A stretch of 64,000 bases of DNA, taken from an uncultured Spirochaetota bacterium (GTDB lineage: Bacteria; Spirochaetota; Spirochaetia; SZUA-6; Fen-1364). The position numbers were made by a program, and so were the translations under genes. The DNA is taken from positions 1,472,001 to 1,536,000 of the forward strand of contig CAWAHW010000002.1 of assembly GCA_963781885.1 (NCBI GenBank), in the 5' to 3' direction. The notes under the pieces were generated by a model. It worked only from the letters and a program-made list of their open reading frames with translations. It made no database searches and had not been told where the DNA came from. How positions within the stretch are numbered: position 1 is the stretch's first letter; every line of letters begins with the position of its first letter. Of the stretch, positions 50,385-60,281 are shown in pieces.

Positions 50385-50629
50385 CGCGACGACCCGATCC
50401 AATCGTGCAAGGAAGAGCGGTCGGCAACGTCCAGACCAGGCGGCAATCCGCCAGGAGCGACGACCCATTTGATCTTTCGGGTGCCGCCCCGGGCCTGCCT
50501 ATCCGTGGAGGAAGATAACTCCCGACGAAGACCTCGCTCTATCAGGACCCGAAGCGGCGTGCGCGTTTCCGCGGAACGCTTCTTGGCCTGGATCAGGAGA
50601 TCGTCTGGAAGATCGACGGTTGTTTTCAT
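50381..50629 (-). CDS. RHH-type (VapB-like) antitoxin
   Basis: MKTTVDLPDDLLIQAKKR.AE....LR.LIE.GLRR; GTGA overlap with vapC. Confidence 0.85.
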   Translation of the reverse strand: MKTTVDLPDDLLIQAKKRSAETRTPLRVLIERGLRRELSSSTDRQARGGTRKIKWVVAPGGLPPGLDVADRSSLHDWIGSSR

Positions 50630-50799
50630 ACAGGAAAACATATAACCATATTCCCATATAAGTCAAACCTCTGGCTGCTTGCAAATACATAATGGGCCTG
50701 CCAGCGACGTCATGTTGTCCGCGACGGAAGCGCGCGGTTGACACCGCACCATTTCTGCAATATCGTGCGAGTCAGCAAATGCATGCATGGAGGCACGCA

Positions 50800-51054
50800 A
50801 TGAGTCAAATTACTTTGCGCAATTTGCCTGGACCTTTGGAAAAAGAAATCCGTAAAGAGGCGCGCCGCCGGGGCTCCAGCCTCAATAGGACTGTCATCGG
50901 CATTTTGGAAAGGGGGCTGGGGATGCAATCTGGCCAGGACAAGAAGCGCGATCTGGCGTCCCTGGCGGGAACGTGGGATGAGGCCGCTTTGGCCGAATTT
51001 CGGGAGGCCACTTCGGTATTCGACAAGATCGATCGCGAAAACTGGCAGCTATGA
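50800..51054 (+). CDS. FitA/Arc-like RHH antitoxin
   Basis: GGAGG SD; MSQITLRNLP......IRKEA...G.SLN...I..L...LAGTW. Confidence 0.85.
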   Translation: MSQITLRNLPGPLEKEIRKEARRRGSSLNRTVIGILERGLGMQSGQDKKRDLASLAGTWDEAALAEFREATSVFDKIDRENWQL

Positions 51055-51455
51055 CCCTCTGCATCGACACAAACGTGTACGCCGCGCTCAAACGCGGTCA
51101 CAAGCAAGTACGATCGTTGATTGAAGCCGCCGATGAGATTATCGTTCCCACGATTGTCCTTGGAGAGCTCTATGCCGGATTCGCTCTTGGCAGCCGCGAA
51201 AACGCGAATATTCGGGAGCTTGCGAGTTTCCTTCGTTTGCCGGGCGTGACCGTTGTACCAGTATCCGAGCAGGTTGCCGAGCGCTACGGAGCCCTGATGA
51301 AAAGCCTCAAAGCCCTGGGCATGCCTATTCCGACAAATGATGTCTGGATTGCTTCGATAGCGCTGCAGACGGGAGCGCGTCTTCTCTCACTGGATCTTCG
51401 TTTTCGTAGAATTCCGGCAATCGTCCACATACCGGTCGATTCAGAGGAATCCTGA
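51051..51455 (+). CDS. vapC: PIN-domain (VapC-type) toxin
   Basis: IDTNVY, IVLGEL..GF, G.PIPTNDVWIA. Confidence 0.92.
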   Translation: MTLCIDTNVYAALKRGHKQVRSLIEAADEIIVPTIVLGELYAGFALGSRENANIRELASFLRLPGVTVVPVSEQVAERYGALMKSLKALGMPIPTNDVWIASIALQTGARLLSLDLRFRRIPAIVHIPVDSEES

Positions 51456-51474
51456 CCTGAGGGCCGCCGTCAGC

Positions 51475-52341
51475 TCATCCCCCGAAGACCTGGCCTGCCC
51501 CCGTTTCAGCGGGGCCTTCCAATTGCGGCACCTGGGAAAAGCCTTCGTGTTTCAAGGATGCCCTCACCTGGCTGAGAAGCTGTTCCCGGCTTATCTTTCC
51601 CTGGGTGTCGCGAATGTGTCTGCAAAAAAAGTAGGAAAACGCCCCGTTGGGCGACCCACCGATGTTTGCATCCGATGAGTACTGGTCCGGCTTGCAGGCC
51701 GCCCACAGCACGTGATTCATCCCTTCTTCTCCGGCAAAGCGCCGCACCGTCAGCTCCTTTCCGAATATCTCATCCGCCCGATGCGCGATGTCGGCGGGCG
51801 GCGCCAGGTAGCGCGGGCGGATGCACCAGGCGCTCTTCCAGAGATCCTGCTCGCACAAGGCGCCGCCGGAAAAGCCGCCCAGCGCCTTTCTGTCAAGGAT
51901 CATTTCCCGCGTCCCCGTTCCCGAATGACAGGAATCCAGGATCACCTCCAGGCGCGCTCCCTTCTTCAACCCCGTGAACATCTGCCGAAAATCGTCGTCC
52001 TTGATGTACCCGTCTTCCCAGTTGAAATCCCACGGACAGATGATCTCATCCTTGCCGTCATCCATCTCGTCTCCGTCCGTATCGCGCACCTGCGATCCAT
52101 GCCCCGAATAGTGGAAGACCAGCGTGTCCCCCGGCTTTCCCCTGCCTACCATGGCCGCCAGCCCGTTCAGGATGGCCTTCCGTGTTGCCCTCTTGTCCGA
52201 CAGCATTGTGATGTCCGACGATGCGAACCCGAAGTACTTCACCAGGACGTCACAGACGTTGGTGATGTCGTTCACGCATCCCTGGAGGTCATTCTGCGTG
52301 CCGGGGTAGTCATTGATGCCGACCAGTAGTGCATGCTTCAT
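51475..52341 (-). CDS. Stand-alone caspase-family (C14, metacaspase-like) peptidase
   Basis: ALLVGIN.Y, L.GCVND, HYSGHG (catalytic His), DSCHSG (catalytic Cys), GAFS, QVPQL. Confidence 0.92.
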   Translation of the reverse strand: MKHALLVGINDYPGTQNDLQGCVNDITNVCDVLVKYFGFASSDITMLSDKRATRKAILNGLAAMVGRGKPGDTLVFHYSGHGSQVRDTDGDEMDDGKDEIICPWDFNWEDGYIKDDDFRQMFTGLKKGARLEVILDSCHSGTGTREMILDRKALGGFSGGALCEQDLWKSAWCIRPRYLAPPADIAHRADEIFGKELTVRRFAGEEGMNHVLWAACKPDQYSSDANIGGSPNGAFSYFFCRHIRDTQGKISREQLLSQVRASLKHEGFSQVPQLEGPAETGAGQVFGG

Positions 52342-52435
52342 CTGACATTCTCCTATAAAACAATTTGTGCCAGACTAACATGACGGAGAACGGTCCGCAA
52401 GTTGCCGCTCCCATTTCCAGTGGCTACTTTTTCCT

Positions 52436-53558
52436 ATGATCGTTCGACAAAACCGTCTCATCCTTTCCGCGGTCCTGCTGCAGGCGATATGCCTTGCCCT
52501 GCCCGCCTCCGCACCCGCGCAAGACCAGGGCATGCCCTTTTCCCTCAGCGTCCCAACAGGATTTCACATTGCGATGGTATCCAGCAGGGTTGAAGGCGCC
52601 CGTTTTCTCGCGGTGGCGCCGAATGGCGACATCATCATATCCGAAGTCTCCCGCGGCCAGGTGGTTGCCGTCCATCCGGGGTCGTCGCCTGGGGCTCAGC
52701 CCGCGGTGGTGGCGCGCGATCTGCACAAGCCGAACGGTCTTGCCTTCCGCGGAAACGATCTCTATATCGCCACATGGTCGGGCATCGTCATTGTGCCCGA
52801 CTATCCAGCGCGGATAAGCTCCCCGCGCGTTCTTTTCAGCAACATGCCCAGAAACGGCGACCACAATGCCAGGGCGCTCGCGCTTGCGGCTGACGGGGGC
52901 ATCTTCATCTCATCCGGCTCCGACTGCAACATCTGCACCGAGGGCGACCCACGCCTGGCGACAATCCTTCACTACACAGCCGACGGCGCAGTGAATCGCA
53001 TCTACGCCTACGGGCTTCGCAACGCGAGCGGTCTTGCCATCGATGCGCAGCAGAGACTGTGGGCCGTCGTAAACCAGCGGGACAATATCACCCCCGTTCA
53101 CACCGACCTTCCCCCTGACGAGCTCGAACATGGTCCAGGACGGTGGCAACTACGGCTGGCCGACCTGCTATCCGGTTGGTACGACGCGACTGCCGAATCC
53201 CGAGTTTGCATCCGCTTCGTGCGCGGCCGTTCTGCCAACAACAATGAACTTCCAGGCTCATTCCGCGCCGCTCCAGGCGCTGTTCTACCAGGGATCGCAA
53301 TTCCCGCGACGCTACCAGGGAGCGCTGTTTACGGCTTTCCACGGCTCGTGGAACCGCAACCCGCCCACGGGCTACAAGGTGGTCGCGGTGACCTTCACGG
53401 ACGGCAAGCCCGACGTGGTGGAGGATTTCGTGACAGGGTGGCTGGATGGACGCGGAAAGGTCCTGGGTCGTCCCGTCGGCCTTGCCGTCTCAGCCGACGG
53501 CTCGCTCTACGTGAGTGATGATACGGGGTATGTGTTCAAAGTGTGGTGGGGAGGATGA
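52436..53558 (+). CDS. Secreted glucose/sorbosone (PQQ-type) dehydrogenase family protein; apparent frameshift at ~53126
   Basis: Signal peptide; GS.CN.C.E, YAYGLRN; after the shift YGWP.C, AHSAPL, AFHGSWNR, GRPVG....DGSLYVSDD. Confidence 0.85.
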
Positions 53559-53690
53559 TAAGAAGGCGGGGGGGCGATTCAGATAGCACCGCCCCAGAGG
53601 AGTGATTCTTCTTGACGACTTTCGGTGGACGATCATCTGGCTCTTGTCAACACCGGAAACTTTTACGTACTCTTACCTGAGGAGAATGCA

Positions 53691-53915
53691 ATGAGATATG
53701 CTGGTCGAATCGCGGCCGCTCCGGATATCATGCTCGGAAAACCAGTTGTTGCCGGAACACGGATCACCGTCGAGATCATTGTGCGCAAACTCGCGGGAGG
53801 CTTCACCATCGGTGAATTGATTGATTCGTACCCGCGACTGTCGGAGGACGATGTATTTGCTGCGATCGAGTACAGCGCGGATGTTCTTGCAGGCGAGGAG
53901 ATGATGCCTGTATAG
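53691..53915 (+). CDS. DUF433 family antitoxin
   Basis: P.IM.GKPVVAGTRITVE.I...LA.G....E....YP.L..EDV.AA..Y. Confidence 0.9.
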   Translation: MRYAGRIAAAPDIMLGKPVVAGTRITVEIIVRKLAGGFTIGELIDSYPRLSEDDVFAAIEYSADVLAGEEMMPV

Positions 53916-54180
53916 GCTGCTGGCCGACGGGAGCGTCGATTTCCGTATCATACGATTTCTACGCTCGAAGAATGTGATAGTTGAATCGGTGTACAGGTTT
54001 TGCAGCTTGCGCACCAAAGCGGGAAGATTGTCGTTACTGAAGATAGTGATTTCGGAGAGTGGGTTTTCGCGCATGGCGCGAAAACCGCTGGCGTCATCTT
54101 TCTGAGGTATTCGCAGTCAGAACGAGAACAGATCCAAACCTCTCTCGTGAACATACTCGAGAATCCTTCAAAGGATCTCG
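53908..54180 (+). pseudogene. DUF5615 (PIN-like) toxin, internally deleted/frameshifted and 3'-truncated
   Basis: RLLAD..VD... in one frame, IVVTEDSDFGE...GVIFLR in another; ends at the IS256-like end. Confidence 0.7.
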
Positions 54181-54520
54181 AGATAGTGTACAAATGGGTT
54201 CGCAATTTCGGCTTTGAACAGAGGCCGTCGAAGGCTCCATGGTCTGAGTTGCAACACACCAAACCGGAGAAAGACAGACGATGGCCAAGCTCAACTATAT
54301 TGAGTACTTCAATCGCACGCTACTGAAATTTGCAGAAGAGAGCGACCCGTTGTACGCGATGCTGCAGTGGATGACCGAGAAAATCATGCAACTGGAAGCC
54401 AAGCAAAAGGTCGCCGCTCAGAAGTGTGAGCACACGACGTAACGCACAACGCACTTCTCGGGCAATCGCCTACGGCGGTTCGATACCCGTCTGGGAACCA
54501 ATTATCTCTGGTTCCCAAAT
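54180..54520 (+). mobile_element. IS256-family remnant (left end + 5' transposase fragment with internal stop)
   Basis: End-like GATAGTGTACAAA at ~54182; from ATG 54281: ...DPLYAMLQW..E..MQLEA..KV.A...EH..*R.THFSG.R.RRFDTRLGT..L.VPK. Confidence 0.7.
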
Positions 54521-54694
54521 TGTTACCACTGCTTGGTTATTGATCCAGTTCAACGCTCTGCTCGCGCGTCGGAACAAGCCCAGCCGTCACGAACGGAAAA
54601 TGGGCGTGGTGCCATGCCGTGGAATTCTAGACCATGATGCGCCCACGCCCCAAACTCGTGCCCATTGACATATTTTTCGAATTGACCAAGTGTA

Positions 54695-56134
54695 TCAGCT
54701 TCTAAAAAGCTCCATTATTCTTCCCCTGTTCAGGAGGAACATTGCCAATCCGGAAATGGCCACCAGTGCCGCGGCAACCGAAAACCAGGGCAACAAGCTG
54801 AGCCCCGTCATCAGGAAAAGGCAGGAGGAGATGGGCATGCTGATGAGAAACGGAAGCATAATTGAGGAGTACTTGTAGCCTATGTGCTCGACTTTCTCCA
54901 CCAGGACCAGCGTGAAAATCGAAATAGAAACATTATAGAGCAGCGACGACAAAGAGGCTCCGAACATCCCGAGATGAGGAATAATCAATATATTCAGCCC
55001 GATGTTCAGCAAAGCGCCGAGTACTGTCACCAGGGGCAGGTAGTAGGTTTTCTTTGCAAAAAGGCCATTGCACGTCAGAAGGTAGACTCCGTAGAAAGCG
55101 TACCCGGTCGTCAACGGCGCGACGACTCTCCACGAGTCGGAGAATCGCGCATTGACCATGAATCTCATCAGGAGAGGTGACGCATAGGTGATGCCGACAC
55201 CCAGGAAAGCAAAAACGCTCACGATCATCCCGACATTTCGCCTGATGGCCTCGCGCCCCGGAGCGCCTTTCTCAATATGGTCGAAAAACCACGGCGAATA
55301 TGCCTGCAGCACGGCCGCCGTGATGACATTCATGATATTTCCAAACTGGTATCCAACGCTGTAGATGCCGACTTCCGCCGTTCCGCGCATGTTGTTGAGG
55401 AACAGCCTGTCGATCGTCACCGCCGTGAACGCCGCTAGGTTGTACGGGATCAGCGGCAGCGAATAGCGCAGCGATTCTTTCAGTATTTTCCAGTCTATAC
55501 CGACGCGGATGTGAGGAAAAATCCTGATCCCGCTGTAGATAAAGAATACGAGATTGGTGATTGCGTTCGCGGCAAGGATTCCCGCCGCCGACCATTTCAT
55601 CACCAGGACGAAGAACAGCGTCAGGCCGATGTTGAGGAGAAATGCGGCAAGATTATTCAGGCCGTAGCTTCGACCCTTTTGTTCCGTCTGGAGCATCGAC
55701 TGGAAAAAAATATAGACCGGGCTCAGCCCGATTGCGATTAGACCGAGGAGAATATAGGGATTGAAATCGATTCCTCCCGCAAGAGGGTCGAGCAGGTAGC
55801 GGTGCAGGAATCCAAAAAGGCAGCACAGGACGAGGCTGTTTGCGACGACAAATGTGATGCACGACCCCCAAATCTTCTTGATCCGCTCGGGATCGCTCTT
55901 GTACGTGAAATAGAATCTGCTCGCTGCTCCGTTCAGCGACAGGCTGCAGATTGCGGAAAGCAGTCCCACGATTGTGGTGACTACATTGACAGTCCCATAT
56001 GCCGTCGGCGACAAGACGGCCGTATAGAGAGGAAGCAGAAAAAAGCCGATCGCCTTCTGCAGAAAGGAGATGACAACATATATCGCGGTGTTCTTAAACG
56101 TGATCTTCTTGAAAATCTTTTCAAGGCTCCTCAA
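54695..56134 (-). CDS. wzx: Wzx-type polysaccharide flippase
   Basis: KNT.IY, LLPLYT..LSP..YG, DRLFL, VGIYS, LNI.LN...IP..G..GA; many TM segments. Confidence 0.88.
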   Translation of the reverse strand: MRSLEKIFKKITFKNTAIYVVISFLQKAIGFFLLPLYTAVLSPTAYGTVNVVTTIVGLLSAICSLSLNGAASRFYFTYKSDPERIKKIWGSCITFVVANSLVLCCLFGFLHRYLLDPLAGGIDFNPYILLGLIAIGLSPVYIFFQSMLQTEQKGRSYGLNNLAAFLLNIGLTLFFVLVMKWSAAGILAANAITNLVFFIYSGIRIFPHIRVGIDWKILKESLRYSLPLIPYNLAAFTAVTIDRLFLNNMRGTAEVGIYSVGYQFGNIMNVITAAVLQAYSPWFFDHIEKGAPGREAIRRNVGMIVSVFAFLGVGITYASPLLMRFMVNARFSDSWRVVAPLTTGYAFYGVYLLTCNGLFAKKTYYLPLVTVLGALLNIGLNILIIPHLGMFGASLSSLLYNVSISIFTLVLVEKVEHIGYKYSSIMLPFLISMPISSCLFLMTGLSLLPWFSVAAALVAISGLAMFLLNRGRIMELFRS

Positions 56135-56184
56135 GTCCTGCTCCGTGTCCGCAAAAAATTATGGCAATTCATGCAGATGAGAGA

Positions 56185-56970
56185 TCACGTTTTCCTGTAA
56201 ACGGCAATTGCATATCCGCTCCAGAACATGGAATTGATTTTTCTCACTAATCTCATGCGGGCGAATACCTTGTCAAGAAAGCGAAAAACTACGCTGAGGA
56301 TTTTTTTTGCGAATGAGTGCGCCGGGTAGATGAACATGCTTGGCTCAAATCCCCCAATGTACTTCTTGAATATCACCTCGAGACCCAGCTTGCTTTCAAA
56401 GCTGCTCCATTTCCTGATATCCATTGAAGCGACATTATGCAGCTGAAGAATTTCCAGGTTTGTATGTTTGAGAAATAAATGGTTGATGCCGCTGAAATTC
56501 GGAATGCCGATAAGTAACGTTCCCTTTGGCTTAAGGAGCTTTACGTGCTGCTCGACGACGTGATCAAGATCCTCGAAATGCTCGATAAAACCGAGCGACA
56601 ATACGACATCGAACGCGGGCAACGAAGAAATGTCTTCGGAGAAGAGGTCTTTCTTGAATACCTTGCCATCGAGTCCAAGCAAACGCAGATTCTCCAGCGT
56701 TTTCTGGCAACCAGTCTCCGAGTAATCTAGCGCGGAGATTTGGTATCCGAATTTCCGTGCAATATAGACCAGGTACGCTCCTGGCGCGCCGCCTATTTCT
56801 ATTATGGACAGGCGGCGGCTGTCGCTATTCTGCGGAAGAAATCGATCAAATACGTCGAGAATGGCGTTGATCTGCAACCCGCGTTTCGTCTTTGTCATTT
56901 CGCGCGGCAGCTGGATGTTTTTCCAATACGCATCCCAGAATGCTACTTCGACGAGTCGGTCCGTCTTCAT
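56185..56970 (-). CDS. Class I SAM-dependent methyltransferase
   Basis: IEIGGAPG, ALDYS, FDVVLSLGFIEHF, LKPKG.L.IGIPN. Confidence 0.85.
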   Translation of the reverse strand: MKTDRLVEVAFWDAYWKNIQLPREMTKTKRGLQINAILDVFDRFLPQNSDSRRLSIIEIGGAPGAYLVYIARKFGYQISALDYSETGCQKTLENLRLLGLDGKVFKKDLFSEDISSLPAFDVVLSLGFIEHFEDLDHVVEQHVKLLKPKGTLLIGIPNFSGINHLFLKHTNLEILQLHNVASMDIRKWSSFESKLGLEVIFKKYIGGFEPSMFIYPAHSFAKKILSVVFRFLDKVFARMRLVRKINSMFWSGYAIAVYRKT

Positions 56971-57021
56971 GTCCGATCTGCCTCCGGTTCATGCTGTGTC
57001 AAACGCTTCATTGTCCTCTTC

Positions 57022-58155
57022 TCATTCTGCATAGATTGCTTTCCACGCCGGCGCCTTGCTTTCCCAGGAGGAGAGCCTTTCAACGCTCTTAGCATTCGCC
57101 GATGCCTTTTCCCTGTAGAGCTCCCAATCCTGTACAACCGTCTTTATTGTATCTCCAAGGCCGGCAAATGATGCTTTCAGCATGAATACCCCGGCGTTCT
57201 CAAAGACATCATATGGCAGCCAATCTCCGGCAACCACGATTCCGCCGGCATATGCATGCTCTTGGAATGCCGCAGAAAGCTGGTCGGTATTCTGCATATT
57301 GACCATTATATCTGTCGAGATCCTGATTCTCGCGGTGTCTTCTTTTGTCATGAATTCTGAAATTACATGATAGCGCATCTTGTTCTGTCGGAGTTTTTCC
57401 TCGATGCCTGCGAGGTATCTCGCATCAATCGACGGGTACGTCATCGCGAGTAACACGACAACATTCACGGGCAAAAACTCCCGTATTTCTACGAGGCTCG
57501 CTAGTATCCTTTCATGGTTCTGCGATTTGTTCGCGTTTGAACCACAACAAATGACGAAGCTATCAGCAGGAATTCCAATTCGCTCCCGGGATTGCGATCG
57601 CCTTTCTGTCTGTTGTATTTTCTTTATGAGCTCGAGGCTTTTCAATCCAAAGGAGCAGACGCGAGTTTTCACCTCAAATGCCTTGTAGTAGGAAACGAAT
57701 TCGTCCCTCGTTTTGGGATTCCCAAACACTATGCTGTCAGATGCTTCGTAAATGGATTTTTGTCTCTTTCGCCATTTGTCATCCATGAGGTAGAAGTCCG
57801 AGCCCCATACAGTCGTTACCAATCGCGTGGCAACGCCCCTCAGGTCTTTGGCGAATCGCGCATACTCTGGTTTGACATAATGCACATTGCACACATCAAA
57901 GTGCTCTGTTCCGGCTAGCCTGCGCAGAAAGGTCCGCGTCAGTCGCCTCCTGAGAAATCTTCGAACGTAGGGTATTCTGAAGAGCAGGCGAAAGTTGCCG
58001 TTGATGCGTCTCTGCGTGCCATCGCTGTAATAAAGCATTTTCTCGTCATCAAAAGCTGAGACATCAATGTCTTGGCCACGAAGAGCCTGAATCAACTCAG
58101 GAAGATAGGGATTTTCGCCGACAAACGGCGCATTCGAAATGAAAAGAACCTTCAA
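57022..58155 (-). CDS. GT-B glycosyltransferase
   Basis: MKVLFI, VHY, TVWGSD, DQLSA...E..YAG; polysaccharide locus context. Confidence 0.75.
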   Translation of the reverse strand: MKVLFISNAPFVGENPYLPELIQALRGQDIDVSAFDDEKMLYYSDGTQRRINGNFRLLFRIPYVRRFLRRRLTRTFLRRLAGTEHFDVCNVHYVKPEYARFAKDLRGVATRLVTTVWGSDFYLMDDKWRKRQKSIYEASDSIVFGNPKTRDEFVSYYKAFEVKTRVCSFGLKSLELIKKIQQTERRSQSRERIGIPADSFVICCGSNANKSQNHERILASLVEIREFLPVNVVVLLAMTYPSIDARYLAGIEEKLRQNKMRYHVISEFMTKEDTARIRISTDIMVNMQNTDQLSAAFQEHAYAGGIVVAGDWLPYDVFENAGVFMLKASFAGLGDTIKTVVQDWELYREKASANAKSVERLSSWESKAPAWKAIYAE

Positions 58156-58199
58156 GACATATGCTCCTTCGCGCCGGGGCGCATCGCGCGACGCGCGTC

Positions 58200-59066
58200 T
58201 TATTGAGCCGTCGCGGTGAGACGGTTGACGCGCCGACGCTTTCCTCGATAAATCAAATCCATGATACCCGAAATCTGGAACTCAACGACATCAAGAGGCC
58301 ATGAAGCTTCAATATTGGTGCGCTGCATCTGGAGAGGATCTGTCCAGGGCCTTATGGGAGCGCTATTTGTCATGAATGCGTATCTGAACGATGCTGCATG
58401 CACCACTTTTGCTGCCGCATGCGAGTAGCTTTCCTCCTCACCCCCAACCCAACAGAAATGATCGACCTTTTTCGCTAGTTGCCTTTCCAGCTCCCGCTTC
58501 GATTGAGCAATATCATGATCCAGATCATCAGCGCTCGTCGAAGCGTACATCCTTCGGTGAGTTGCGGTGTGGCATCCAACAACATGATTTCGGGACAACA
58601 ATTTCACCTCGTCCCATGTCATCGCCAATCGCTTGTCATCAGCGGCATCTCCGAACGTAATTGAATGCTGAACCGCAAAATCGATCTGTTTTCCAGCAGG
58701 TGTGCTGATAAAATCAGTTGGCACGAAAAACCAGCCCGTGAAGCCATACTCTTCCAGAAGCGGAGCGGCAACCTCGTAGTTGTCGCGCAGGCCGTCGTCA
58801 AATGAGATGATGAGCCCCGGCTTCCTGGTCGACAACGCTTTCTCCTGAAAGAATCTATCGAGTGTCGCAGATGACACGTTCGAAAATCTTTCCCGGTAAA
58901 AAGCAAGATGACGCGCGAGAGAATCGCCCGAATCTTTGGGCGTCGCATGGTAGTTCACTGCGCGAATGTACGGAAAGCAGCATTGCGTGAACAAGTGGAG
59001 CAGGATCCGGTTGACTCCGATCCGGGACGACGAAGCCGCGAAAAGCCTTTTTGCCCTATTAATCAA
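58200..59066 (-). CDS. Polysaccharide deacetylase (CE4/NodB-like)
   Basis: NYH, ISFDDGL.DNY, A.PLL..YG...FFV.T, MTW, GCHTATH. Confidence 0.88.
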   Translation of the reverse strand: MINRAKRLFAASSSRIGVNRILLHLFTQCCFPYIRAVNYHATPKDSGDSLARHLAFYRERFSNVSSATLDRFFQEKALSTRKPGLIISFDDGLRDNYEVAAPLLEEYGFTGWFFVPTDFISTPAGKQIDFAVQHSITFGDAADDKRLAMTWDEVKLLSRNHVVGCHTATHRRMYASTSADDLDHDIAQSKRELERQLAKKVDHFCWVGGEEESYSHAAAKVVHAASFRYAFMTNSAPIRPWTDPLQMQRTNIEASWPLDVVEFQISGIMDLIYRGKRRRVNRLTATAQ

Positions 59067-59099
59067 GGAAAGGTGTTCCTTTCTCTTTCATTGCAGATC

Positions 59100-60281
59100 C
59101 TATATGAACGAATCTCCGTCGTACGGACTGAAATACCATGAATCTTCTTCCTCCAGAGCTCGTGCGAACTGCGAAGACATGAACCGACAGAGATATGGCC
59201 AGCTTGGAAGCTGCCTCGTGTATGGATTCCAAGCCTCAAAGATTCTTCTTATATTCTTCGGGAAGCCTATCATTTCGAAAATGTCGCATTTCTTTATTCT
59301 GGCCCTCGTAAAAGCCAGCCGAAGAAGTCCGTCAGTTATTTCCTGATCGTCTGCACCCACAAAAATATCCATTATGCGCGCGCGCCGAAGGCCAACATCC
59401 TCCTGAGATGAGAATGCAAGTATAAGATATCCGAGAAGATTGCCTTCTCTTCGGGCGCCGAATATCTCCATGGCCTGATAATCCCCGTGGATCGTCAGGT
59501 GCCATCGCAGTGCCTCCGCCGAACGATCCCCGAGAAGTCTTGTCGCTTCCGCGCGCTTGGCGCGCCAGAGGACGTCAAAATCATCTCCCAGCTTATCCAG
59601 AGAAACGATCTCTGCCCATTCGGGAGGTGCCGCGGGGCCCGGGCCTCTTCGCCGGAGCCACTCTTCCGCACAGACGATGGGAAATCCCACGCAGCTCAGA
59701 GCCTTTGACAATCCGTGGCTCAGTCCGCGCCTGCGAAAAAAGGCATTTAAGAACCTGAAATTGTTGAGTGGAAGGAAAAGTGATTTGTCAACGTTACCTT
59801 GCGGAATGCGTGGCATGCCCATGGATCGCATGAGCCTTTCAACAACGTCAGAGGCTGTTGTATCGATGAGCATGTCAACAGACGGCTGGCCGAGATATTG
59901 ATAGAGCAGTTCGAGTCCCTGACCCCGAAAGGATTTGTCGACTGCCCAACTGGTAGCCGCCGCGGCGCGCAGAGGCACGTCGCCGAGAAAATACCTGAGC
60001 GCAAAATTGCCAAAAAAGCCCACAATTTCATTGTCTGACTCAAGAACCCAGCCTATGGGCACATTGCGGTGAAGATCTCCAAGAGCCGGGTTTTTCACCC
60101 AGAGAGCTTCCCATGTTCCCGACCTGAATCCTTGCAGGCCGTTGCGCTGAAGGACGGCGCAAATACCGAGGAAGTCGGCATGCTGAGCCTCTCGCACTGA
60201 CGCCTGAAGGGCGATGCCGTCCGCAGCGCTAGGACGCGCATGAGAAGCTCCCGCTGGACGGCTGGACTGTGTATCATGCAT
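59100..60281 (-). CDS. GNAT-like acyltransferase
   Basis: IVGF.G...., W.VD..FRGQG acetyl-CoA-binding-like motif; start taken at 60281, overlapping the fabH-like stop. Confidence 0.6.
   Translation of the reverse strand: MHDTQSSRPAGASHARPSAADGIALQASVREAQHADFLGICAVLQRNGLQGFRSGTWEALWVKNPALGDLHRNVPIGWVLESDNEIVGFFGNFALRYFLGDVPLRAAAATSWAVDKSFRGQGLELLYQYLGQPSVDMLIDTTASDVVERLMRSMGMPRIPQGNVDKSLFLPLNNFRFLNAFFRRRGLSHGLSKALSCVGFPIVCAEEWLRRRGPGPAAPPEWAEIVSLDKLGDDFDVLWRAKRAEATRLLGDRSAEALRWHLTIHGDYQAMEIFGARREGNLLGYLILAFSSQEDVGLRRARIMDIFVGADDQEITDGLLRLAFTRARIKKCDIFEMIGFPKNIRRIFEAWNPYTRQLPSWPYLCRFMSSQFARALEEEDSWYFSPYDGDSFI

Noticed and set aside
45601-51455. TA array as an integron cassette array
   Set aside because: No attC-like RYYYAAC...GTTRRRY palindromes after the genes, mixed orientations, and no integron integrase in the window.
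1569-53558. Frameshifts in tamB (x2), the second lepB (x2), the FGE gene, ankyrin gene, histidine kinase, pcm and sugar dehydrogenase as programmed frameshifting or pseudogenisation
   Set aside because: They look like single-base indels, several in short homopolymers, in unrelated genes with otherwise intact motifs and no shared slippery site. Long-read consensus error is the simplest explanation; read data are needed to confirm.
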